From: Limisphaerales bacterium
Lineage (GTDB): Bacteria > Verrucomicrobiota > Verrucomicrobiia > Limisphaerales > UBA9464
Direction: 5' to 3'
Length of the DNA stretch: 37,110 bases
Assembly (NCBI GenBank): GCA_044221235.1
Contig: JBGAPN010000002.1
Location: forward strand, 1-37,110
Each line of letters starts with the position of its first letter. The stretch's first letter is position 1. Below the pieces are notes generated by a model. It was not told the origin of the DNA. It did not search any database and saw only the letters and a program-made list of their open reading frames with translations. Of this stretch, positions 25,425 to 33,166 are shown piece by piece. The position numbers and the translations under genes were made by a program.

Positions 25425-26263
25425 CTAACGCTCCTCTTCCGCTCCCAACATCTGCTTCATCCGCTCCAGTCCCTCCCGGGCCACCTCGTAAGGATTCCTG
25501 GCCCAGAGATCCTCCCGAAACAGCTCCAGCGAAACGCAACCCCGGTAGCCGGTCTCCTCCAGGAGCTGGAGGTAACGGCGCAGGTTTAGATGCCCCTCCC
25601 CGGGCCAGACCCGGTCGGCGTCGTGTTGCAGCTCCCGAGCCGGCGAGGACGGTGTGTCGTTGAAGTGTGAGACCGCGATCTGATTGCCCCGTAGTCGCGC
25701 GACGTCCTCCAGGGAGCCGCCGCCCCGGAAGATATGGAACGGGTCCAGGACCGTGGTTCCCCGGCTGTCCCCACACGACTCCAGAACCCGCAGGGCCGAA
25801 TCAATGCTGCAATACTGGCCGACAAATCCCAGGAACTCGAACGCGGGCAATGAACCTTCCGCCGATCCCAATTTCAGGAGTTCGCGATACCGTCGGGCGC
25901 CGGTCGCCAGATCGGCGGTTCCTGCGGGCGGACCGGCAATCACGTACGGCGCCCCCAGCACCGCGGCGTCGGCGAAGCGTCGGACACACTGTTCACGAAT
26001 TCGCGGCCACTCCGTCTCCGGGCCATCAAACCAGTCTCCCAGGTAGATCAGCGTGGGCACCTCCACGTGGGCACCTCCAATCCGGCATCATCCAGGGCGT
26101 GTCGCAGTTCCTGAAGAGTGCCGCCCGACGCCCGATGGGCATCGGTGTCGGCAAACCACAGCTCGATGGCGTCGAATCCCGCCCGGGAGGCCGCGTCGAT
26201 CTGGCGCAGGATCGGTGTGCCACGGAGTGTGGAGGCGTTGAGGCCTATCGAAAACGGGGGCAT
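25425..26263 (-). pseudogene. Sugar phosphate isomerase/epimerase (xylose isomerase-like TIM barrel) disrupted by a 14-bp tandem duplication
   Basis: Two track ORFs cover it: 26048-26269 ends ...DDAGLEVPTWRCPR*, and 25425-26066 starts MEVPTLIYLGDWF. Deleting one 14-bp repeat unit gives the continuous sequence ...DDAGLEVPTLIYLGDWFDGPE... and an 825-nt (3n) gene. The ATG is at 26263. Confidence 0.85.
26053..26080. repeat. Direct tandem duplication, 2 x 14 bp (13/14 identical)
   Basis: GTGGGCACCTCCAC at 26053-26066 is immediately followed by GTGGGCACCTCCAA at 26067-26080. Confidence 0.95.
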
Positions 26264-26346
26264 GGCCAAGCATGATGGGAGTCACAGGACCCATTCAACG
26301 CCCTTTCACCGCGCATCCACAACCGACGGAAGGAGGGCCAGGGGCC

Positions 26347-26970
26347 TCAGAGCCGCTCCCATTCCTGCCAGTGCTCCATGCCCTGGTAGACGGGAACCGT
26401 GTCATCAACCGGTTCCGATCGACACAGGCGAAAATGGGAACCCAGCAGCTGTTGCGCGGTGTCGTCGTTCAGCGGATACGGCGGCGGTTCGGGTTCGTTT
26501 CCATACAGGAATAATCCCACCAGATGGCCGCCGGCTGGAATGAGGGAGGCCATCCGGTTGGCGTAGTCCTGCCAGCGGAACGGCGGCAACGAGCACAGGA
26601 ATCCCCGTTCATAGATCATTTCAAACCGGCTCTCCCCGAATTCGTGTTTGAAGAAGTTGCCGTGGATGATGCGTTCCCCGAGCGGGCCGAGCACCTCACG
26701 GGCATGGGTCACCGCCGGCGCCGAGAATTCGATGGCGCTGACATCATGACCCGTCTCGTGGAAGGCCCGGACTTCATACCCGGTGCCGCAACCCGGGACG
26801 AGAACCCGCCGAGGCTCGGGCCGCCGCTCCAGAAATCTCAGGAGCGCGGGCGGGACATGCCCAAGATCCCAAGGGGTTCGTCCGGCTTCCCACCGACGCG
26901 TCCAGAACCGGGTTTGCGAGCTGTCCGGCTCGCCAGACGGAGGAAGATTCTGCGGGGGTTGTGAATCCAT
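26347..26970 (-). CDS. SAM-dependent methyltransferase, thiopurine S-methyltransferase (TPMT)-like family
   Basis: The ATG at 26970 gives a 207-aa protein: FWTRRWEAGRTPWDLGHVPPALLRFLE....RRVLVPGCGTGYEVRAFHETGHDVSAIEFSAPAV. This is the typical TPMT-family N-terminus plus SAM motif I. The upstream 96 codons of the track ORF look non-coding. Confidence 0.8.
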   Translation of the reverse strand: MDSQPPQNLPPSGEPDSSQTRFWTRRWEAGRTPWDLGHVPPALLRFLERRPEPRRVLVPGCGTGYEVRAFHETGHDVSAIEFSAPAVTHAREVLGPLGERIIHGNFFKHEFGESRFEMIYERGFLCSLPPFRWQDYANRMASLIPAGGHLVGLFLYGNEPEPPPYPLNDDTAQQLLGSHFRLCRSEPVDDTVPVYQGMEHWQEWERL

Positions 26971-27158
26971 GGCGGGAAACCTCAGGCCGCCTGGAATCGC
27001 CCAAAACAGAAAGCGCAGTACAAGACGACGGTCAAACCGTGTGGCGCCGCCTCCCGGTCCGTCAAGCAGGCAGTCCCTCCGGCTCGCCTTAACTCCAAAA
27101 GGCTCGCCTCCAGCAGAGCCCTTTGTAGCCTCCCGCCAAGTTTCTCCGCATCTCCCCC

Positions 27159-29123
27159 ATGTCGTGGTTGAGTGAATGGATGTTGTTCCTCGTGGTTCTC
27201 GCCATTGGAGGGGTGGTCCTGCTCCGCCGCTCCGGCTTCGGAATCCGGCTGCCTGCATTGCCTGTCCTGGTGGGCGCCGTTGGGGTCATAATCGGGGCCG
27301 TCCTGTGGTCGTCCCGCCTGTGGCAGACGGAGATGTCTGCCCGGCATCTGCTCCAATCCGCGCCGCGGACGGGACGGGAGGGTGGATATGTCTCCTCGGA
27401 TTCCTGCCGGGCCTGCCACCCGGGGCAATACGACACCTGGCATCGGAGCTATCACCGCTCGATGACGCAATATGCCCGGCCGGACACCGTCCTGGGCGAC
27501 TTCAACAACGTCACACTGAAGGCCCATGGTGAAACCTATGTGCTGCAGCGCCGCGGCAACGAGTTCTGGGTGGAGTTGCCCGATCCGGAGAAGCGACTGC
27601 AACCCCGGCCCCAGGCCTCGGGCATCCAGGAACTCGCGCGAACCGAACGGAGAGTGACGCTGCTGACGGGATCGCACCACATGCAAACCTTTTGGGTGGG
27701 AGGCAAGGACGGGAACCTCCAATTCGGAATCCCCTTCTCCTGGCTCAAGGAGGAACAGCGTTGGGTGCCGCGCAACGCGACCTTCCTGATGGATCCCCTC
27801 CTGCCGCCCCCGTTCCAGATGTGGAACATGAATTGCCTGCGGTGCCATACGACGGCCGGACAGCCACGGCCCGACGACAGTGGCGCCCCGATCCTCGACA
27901 CGCAGGTCGCCGAGATCGGCATTGGCTGCGAGGCCTGTCACGGGCCTGCGGAACGCCACATTGCGTTGCATCGGAATCCACTGGAGCGTTGGACGACACG
28001 ATTGAAGGGTTCGAAAACCCCGGACCCGTCCATCGTCAATCCGTCGCGTCTCGATCACGTCCGTTCCTCCCAGGCCTGCGGTCAGTGCCACTCCATCACC
28101 GTGCCCCAGCCCTCGGAACGGGAATGGTTCCGCCATGGCTTCAGTTACCGTCCCGGAAAAGACCTCGAATCCGTACTCCGGGTGATCCAGCCGGCCAAGC
28201 ATTCCTACGAGCCTTGGCTGCAGGAGTTGATGACGGCCTATTCCTTCAAACTGGAGGACCTGTATTGGCCCGACGGCATGGTGCGGGTCTCGGGACGCGA
28301 CTATACCGGGATGATTGGCTCCGGTTGCTACACGCGGGGTGAGATGTCCTGTCTTTCATGCCACTCCATGCATCATTACGAGGACCGGGAGGACCAATTG
28401 ACCCCCGGCATGCGGTCCAACCAGGCGTGCCTGCAGTGTCATTCCCAGATGTCGCAGGATGTTCCGGCCCACACCCACCATCATGCGGGATCCCCGGGAA
28501 GCCTCTGCCTGAACTGCCACATGCCGCATACCACCTATGGCCTGATGAAGGCCATTCGCACCCATCACATCGACAGTCCCGACGTGGCCGTCGAAGTGGC
28601 GACCGGACGCCCGAATGCCTGCAACCTGTGTCACCTCGACCAATCCCTCCGCTGGACAGCCGACCAACTGACGCGCCTTTGGGGACAGTCGCGGGTGCGC
28701 CTCCAGACCGAGGTGGCCACTCTCCCCGATGGAGCCCGGCTGGCGCTCGAGGGCGACGCCGGTCAACGGGCTCTGGCCGCCTGGCATCTGGGATGGCAGC
28801 CCGCGCTCGAAGCGTCCGGCTCCGCCTGGCAGGCGCCGATCCTGGCATCGCTGCTGATGGACCCCTATCCCGCGGTCCGTTACATCGCCGGCCGTTCCCT
28901 GTCGCAGTTGCCCGGGTTCAACGGATTCGAGTTCGACTTCCTGTCTTCAACCTCGCAGCAGGAGGCGGCACGCGAACGGGCGCTGAAAATCTGGCGCCAG
29001 TCCGGCCGGCCCGCGGGCACCACCAACCAGTTTCTGGGGCAACCGGACGAAGCCCGGATGCTGTCGTGGCTTGAGGAACGACGGCGGCGGCGAGACGACC
29101 GGCCCATCTACCTGAAGGAATGA
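27159..29123 (+). CDS. Membrane-anchored octaheme c-type cytochrome with a C-terminal HEAT-like helical region
   Basis: Eight CXXCH motifs: CRACH, CLRCH, CEACH, CGQCH, CLSCH, CLQCH, CLNCH and CNLCH. There are two N-terminal hydrophobic helices. SCRACHPGQYDTWHRSYHRSMTQ...VLGDFNNVTL resembles the cytochrome c554-type multiheme family. The C-terminal DPYPAVRYIAGRSLSQL is HEAT-repeat-like. Confidence 0.85.
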   Translation: MSWLSEWMLFLVVLAIGGVVLLRRSGFGIRLPALPVLVGAVGVIIGAVLWSSRLWQTEMSARHLLQSAPRTGREGGYVSSDSCRACHPGQYDTWHRSYHRSMTQYARPDTVLGDFNNVTLKAHGETYVLQRRGNEFWVELPDPEKRLQPRPQASGIQELARTERRVTLLTGSHHMQTFWVGGKDGNLQFGIPFSWLKEEQRWVPRNATFLMDPLLPPPFQMWNMNCLRCHTTAGQPRPDDSGAPILDTQVAEIGIGCEACHGPAERHIALHRNPLERWTTRLKGSKTPDPSIVNPSRLDHVRSSQACGQCHSITVPQPSEREWFRHGFSYRPGKDLESVLRVIQPAKHSYEPWLQELMTAYSFKLEDLYWPDGMVRVSGRDYTGMIGSGCYTRGEMSCLSCHSMHHYEDREDQLTPGMRSNQACLQCHSQMSQDVPAHTHHHAGSPGSLCLNCHMPHTTYGLMKAIRTHHIDSPDVAVEVATGRPNACNLCHLDQSLRWTADQLTRLWGQSRVRLQTEVATLPDGARLALEGDAGQRALAAWHLGWQPALEASGSAWQAPILASLLMDPYPAVRYIAGRSLSQLPGFNGFEFDFLSSTSQQEAARERALKIWRQSGRPAGTTNQFLGQPDEARMLSWLEERRRRRDDRPIYLKE

Positions 29124-29596
29124 AGCCCTCACCCTCCACTGATTCCGGAGACCATCGATCCCCCGACGCCGATTCCACCGCGATCGTCCGCCGTCATCTG
29201 CAGTTCGGCTGGTGGTCGCTCCTGGTGTTTCTCGTCGTGGGCACCGTTCTGGAAGCCCTGCACGGGTTCAAGTTCGCCTGGTACCTGAACGTCTCCAATG
29301 ACACGCGTCGCATGCTCCTGACCCTGGGTCACGCCCATGGGACGCTGCTCGCCCTGGTCAATCTCGCCTTCGCAGCCACAGTGACCGCCGTGCCGGCATG
29401 GCGGAGCCGCGGTCGAATCGTGGCCTCACGCAGCCTGGTCGCGGCCAGCGTCATGATCCCTGCGGGCTTCATCCTCGGCGGAGTGATCATTCATGGATCC
29501 GATCCGGGATTGGGCATCCTTCTGGTGCCGCCCGGGGCGCTTTTGCTGTTCCTTGCGGTCTTGCTGACCGCCCGTGCGACGCGCCAAAAGGGTTAG
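29120..29596 (+). CDS. Small 4-TM integral membrane protein, function unknown
   Basis: 158 aa with four hydrophobic segments: WWSLLVFLVVGTVLEAL, LLTLGHAHGTLLALVNLAFAATV, LVAASVMIPAGFILGGVII and ILLVPPGALLLFLAVLL. It has a conserved-looking HAH pair. Its ATG overlaps the cytochrome stop as ATGA (29120-29123). Confidence 0.6.
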   Translation: MKPSPSTDSGDHRSPDADSTAIVRRHLQFGWWSLLVFLVVGTVLEALHGFKFAWYLNVSNDTRRMLLTLGHAHGTLLALVNLAFAATVTAVPAWRSRGRIVASRSLVAASVMIPAGFILGGVIIHGSDPGLGILLVPPGALLLFLAVLLTARATRQKG

Positions 29597-29618
29597 CCCT
29601 TTCGTCCATCCGACTTCC

Positions 29619-32600
29619 ATGAGTCTGCCCACCTTCATTCGGCTCGGCCTTGTCCTGGGAGTCGCCATACCCGCCGTTCTGCCTGCCCCTGCTGACGAAC
29701 TGGCCCCGCACTTGAAACTCGCCCTGGCTGCCGCCACCGCGACGGGAACGATCACCCATACCGCGCCCGCCATTCCATCGACCGACCCGCGGGCCGCCGA
29801 TCTGGCGGCCCGGCTCCGCAGTGCCCGGCAGGGCCTGATGACTCCATCCACAATACCCAATCCGCTGCAACGCAGCCGGCAAGCCCAGGCTGTTTTGCGC
29901 ACCACCTCAGATCCAACACTGGAACTCTATCTTCGGGACAACCTGACCGTCCGGCATCTCCAGGCCGACGCCCTCACCGCCTCGGCGAATCCAGGCATTT
30001 CACGAAGCCTGGCGGCCGATCCCCGGGAACGCGCCGCCCGCGATTTTTTCTTCACCCACCGGGCTCTTCTCCGGCTCGAAGATCCCGAGGCCGAACTTCG
30101 CCTTGAACGAATGGAGTCCGACGCCGCAGGTCGCATTCATCTCCGGTTCAGCCAGCGGTACCAGGACATCCCGGTCTGGCCCTCCGGCCTGATCGCCCAT
30201 TTCGATGCCGCGTCCCGGCTTTCCGCCTTGGACGGAGAATACAGTCCCACACCTCTCGGTCTTGACGTGGCGCCGCGAATCACGGCGCAGGAAGCCCAGG
30301 AACGGGCGCGGGCCCGGGTTCCGGGCGGGTGGGCGGCAACTAATACGACCCCGGAACTGATTCTATTTGCGCCGCTCAACACCATTCCGCGCCTTGCCTG
30401 GAAGCTCGATGTACATGTCGGGGTCTCGCAGGCATGGCGGATGGTGGTGGACGCCGCGTCCGGCCGGCTTCTGCACCGCTCCAGCCGCATCTTCGACGCC
30501 ACCGTCGACGGATCGGGAGTGGACCTGACCGGTGTGAACCGTCCTTTGAAGGTCTGGCAGCAGGGGGCGTCGTTCTATCTGCTCGACACCTCCAAGCCCA
30601 TGTTCCAACCGGGGTTCAACCCCGTGCAGAATCCCCGGGGCGTGATTTCCGTGGCCGATGCACGCGGGACACCGGTGGACCAGCTCGGCGACAACAACGT
30701 TTTCAACATTACCTCGACGTCCGCCAATACCTGGAGTCCCGCCGCCGGCGTCAGTGCCCTCTTCAACTTTTCACAGACCTACGACTATTACCTCGAGCGC
30801 CACTCGCGGAACTCCCTGGACAACCAGGGCGGAAACATCACCGCCATCGTCCGGGTGGGAAACTACGACAATGCCTCGTGGCACGGGAACCTGAGCCTCA
30901 TGCTGTTCGGAGACGTCCGGCCCTTCGCCGCGTCGCTGGATGTGGTGGCCCACGAGCTCAGTCACGGGGTCACCGAGCGATCCGCGGCGTTGATCTACGA
31001 ACTCCAGTCCGGAGCCCTCAACGAGTCGTTCTCCGACATCTTCGGCGAGATGGTCGAGGCCCGCACCCGCGGGCAGAACGACTGGCTCGTGGGTTCCGAA
31101 CTCCAGAAACCGCTCCGCAATTTCAAGAACCCGGGTTCGATCCTCATTGGCGGACTCAACCGGCCGTTTCCCTCGAAGATGAGCGAGTTCATCCCGCTGC
31201 CCAACACAGACGACGCGGACCATGGCGGCGTCCACCTCAACAGCAGCATCATCAACCACTGTTTCTACCTGCTCGCCGCCGGACTCCCGGAAGCCATCGG
31301 ATTGCGGGACTCGGAACGTATCTTTTACCTCACCCTGACGCAGCACTTGCAGGCGCAGAGCCAGTTCATTGACTGCCGGCTGGGCGCCATCGCCTCCGCC
31401 GAGGCCCTGTTCGGAAAGAACTCGGCACAGGCACAAGCCACGGCGAAGGCGTTCGATTCCGTGGAGATCTTTGCTGCGCCGACCACGCCGGAACCGACAC
31501 CGGTACCCGTGGTGCAGGGTCCGGACTCCACCCTGTTCATCTACCAGGATCCGATCCAGTTGAGCTTCGGATTGGGCCGACGCGAGTCCGCCCTGGGTGA
31601 CGCCAATCTGGGAACCGTCTTTTCCGAGGGCGTCTCGCGGCGCAGTCCGGCAGTCACAGGCGACGGCAGCCTCGTTCTCTATGTCAGCGAGGATCATGAC
31701 CTCTGCATCGCGGAGACGGACCAACCGTCGTCCACAGTCTGCCTGGGTTCTCCCGGAACCGTGCACAGCGTCGCCATTTCGCCCGACGGCCAACTCGCGG
31801 CGTTTGTTCTGCGGGACGCATTTACCGGGGATCCCGACGGACGGATCACCGTCATCAACCTCGAGACCGAGAAGGATCAGACCTACACATTGGTCGCGCC
31901 TGCAGTGGACGGCGTCGCGGTGGATCAAGTCCTGTATGCCGACGCCATGGCCTTCAGCACGGACAGCCAGGACCTGCTCTACGACGCCCTTTCCCGCGTG
32001 CGATTCTCGGGAGGAAACACGGTGGAGCGCTGGAGTCTTTTCGGGCTCAATCTCGGGACCGGCCGCACCGAGATCGTTGTTCCGCCCCTCGATGGAATTG
32101 ACACCGGGAATCCGTCGCCAGGACGGGCCGGCACCCGCTACCTGACCTTCGATGCGCAGGTCGAGACCACTGGGAACTCTGGAATCGTGGTGCTGGATCT
32201 GTTCACCGGCCAGGCTGAGGTCGTTGCCGTCGTGGAAGGCACCATGGGATTCCCTTGTTTCACCGGGGACGAATCCGGGGTGGTGTATGCGGCGCCCGAT
32301 GACAGTGTGCTCGGCTCCGGTTCGTCGTTGTTTCTCCAGAAGTTGTCCACAAACCGCCTCGAAGCCATGGGTACCGCCTCCGCCTGGATGGAAGATGCAG
32401 CCATGGGTGTGATTTACCGTCGCGGCGCCTTTGCCGGAACCAATGCGCTGCCCCGGGTGTCTCTCGCAACGGGCTCCACCAGCGCCACAGCTCCGGCCAA
32501 CTTCACCCTGCGGGCCACCGCCTCCGACTCGGATGGATCGGTGCAGCGTGTGGAATTCTATGACGGTTCCACCAAGCTCGGGGAGTCGACCCAGCCCAAT

Positions 32601-32942
32601 CAAGGTGCCTTCCAGCTGAATTGGAATGGCGTTGGTGTTGGGCAATACAGACTGGTGGCGCGGGCCGTCGACAACCTCGGAGGCTCGTCCGACAGCGAAG
32701 CCGTCGTTCTCACGGTCTCTTCAGCGGTCGTGGAGGCAACGATCCGTGCCGCGGTGCTGCAGAACGGGCAGATTCGCCTGACCGTGAACGGCCCCCCCGG
32801 CAATTACGTCATCCAGCGTTCTGAGAATCTGACCCACTGGAACTCAGTCCTTCCGGTGACTGTCGGAGCGAGCGGTGGAACGGACGTCACGGATTCGGGA
32901 ATACCGTCCAACGTCCAACGGCTGTTCTACCGGGTCCGTTAA
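29619..32942 (+). CDS. Secreted M4 (thermolysin-like) zinc metallopeptidase fused to beta-propeller-like and Ig-like domains
   Basis: The ATG at 29619 gives the signal peptide MSLPTFIRLGLVLGVAIPAVLPAPA. Catalytic motifs are VVAHELSHGVTE (HEXXH), GALNESFSDIFGE and GGVHLNSSIINHCFYL. A C-terminal extension of about 500 aa follows, with TolB/PD40-like repeats (VAISPDGQLAAFVL), an Ig-like stretch (SDSDGSVQRVEFYDGSTKLG) and the terminal motif NLTHWNSV...RLFYRVR. Confidence 0.85.
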   Translation: MSLPTFIRLGLVLGVAIPAVLPAPADELAPHLKLALAAATATGTITHTAPAIPSTDPRAADLAARLRSARQGLMTPSTIPNPLQRSRQAQAVLRTTSDPTLELYLRDNLTVRHLQADALTASANPGISRSLAADPRERAARDFFFTHRALLRLEDPEAELRLERMESDAAGRIHLRFSQRYQDIPVWPSGLIAHFDAASRLSALDGEYSPTPLGLDVAPRITAQEAQERARARVPGGWAATNTTPELILFAPLNTIPRLAWKLDVHVGVSQAWRMVVDAASGRLLHRSSRIFDATVDGSGVDLTGVNRPLKVWQQGASFYLLDTSKPMFQPGFNPVQNPRGVISVADARGTPVDQLGDNNVFNITSTSANTWSPAAGVSALFNFSQTYDYYLERHSRNSLDNQGGNITAIVRVGNYDNASWHGNLSLMLFGDVRPFAASLDVVAHELSHGVTERSAALIYELQSGALNESFSDIFGEMVEARTRGQNDWLVGSELQKPLRNFKNPGSILIGGLNRPFPSKMSEFIPLPNTDDADHGGVHLNSSIINHCFYLLAAGLPEAIGLRDSERIFYLTLTQHLQAQSQFIDCRLGAIASAEALFGKNSAQAQATAKAFDSVEIFAAPTTPEPTPVPVVQGPDSTLFIYQDPIQLSFGLGRRESALGDANLGTVFSEGVSRRSPAVTGDGSLVLYVSEDHDLCIAETDQPSSTVCLGSPGTVHSVAISPDGQLAAFVLRDAFTGDPDGRITVINLETEKDQTYTLVAPAVDGVAVDQVLYADAMAFSTDSQDLLYDALSRVRFSGGNTVERWSLFGLNLGTGRTEIVVPPLDGIDTGNPSPGRAGTRYLTFDAQVETTGNSGIVVLDLFTGQAEVVAVVEGTMGFPCFTGDESGVVYAAPDDSVLGSGSSLFLQKLSTNRLEAMGTASAWMEDAAMGVIYRRGAFAGTNALPRVSLATGSTSATAPANFTLRATASDSDGSVQRVEFYDGSTKLGESTQPNQGAFQLNWNGVGVGQYRLVARAVDNLGGSSDSEAVVLTVSSAVVEATIRAAVLQNGQIRLTVNGPPGNYVIQRSENLTHWNSVLPVTVGASGGTDVTDSGIPSNVQRLFYRVR

Positions 32943-33019
32943 GTGCCGCATCCCGGTGTCACCCCCGACCCGACGGAGGGGCGACAGGACAGTGCGCCGC
33001 CCGGATGGAGCGGGAGAAA

Positions 33020-33056
33020 GCTTCGACAACGGCGTTTCGGGAACCGCTGTCGAAGC
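33020..33056. terminator. Strong hairpin in a convergent intergenic spacer (possible bidirectional terminator, but no U-tract)
   Basis: GCTTCGACAACGG (33020-33032) pairs with CCGCTGTCGAAGC (33044-33056): 12 bp, one mismatch, 11-nt loop. It lies between the peptidase stop (32942) and the permease stop (33167). Confidence 0.35.
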
Positions 33057-33166
33057 CGGGCTCGCCGAGACCGGTCTCAATGACCGTTTCGGCGATCCCT
33101 CCCCCACCAAAAAGGCGCGCCTGTGGACCGTATTCGCCCCGTCTTCCTCCTTCACTGAACTCCCGT

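Noticed and set aside
31131-31146. tRNA T-arm-like string GGGTTCGATCC
   Set aside because: It lies inside the peptidase coding frame (…KNPGSILIG…) and has no acceptor or anticodon stems around it. It is a chance match.
30771-32645. 624-aa minus-strand ORF antisense to the M4 peptidase. Similar cases are 33641-35245 (534 aa) antisense to the ADOP permease, 26982-28202 (406 aa) antisense to the octaheme cytochrome, and 12103-13332 (409 aa) antisense to the GH20-like gene.
   Set aside because: Same reasoning. Each overlaps a confidently assigned gene on the opposite strand, has a Gly/Arg/Val/His-skewed composition, and shows no recognisable motifs.
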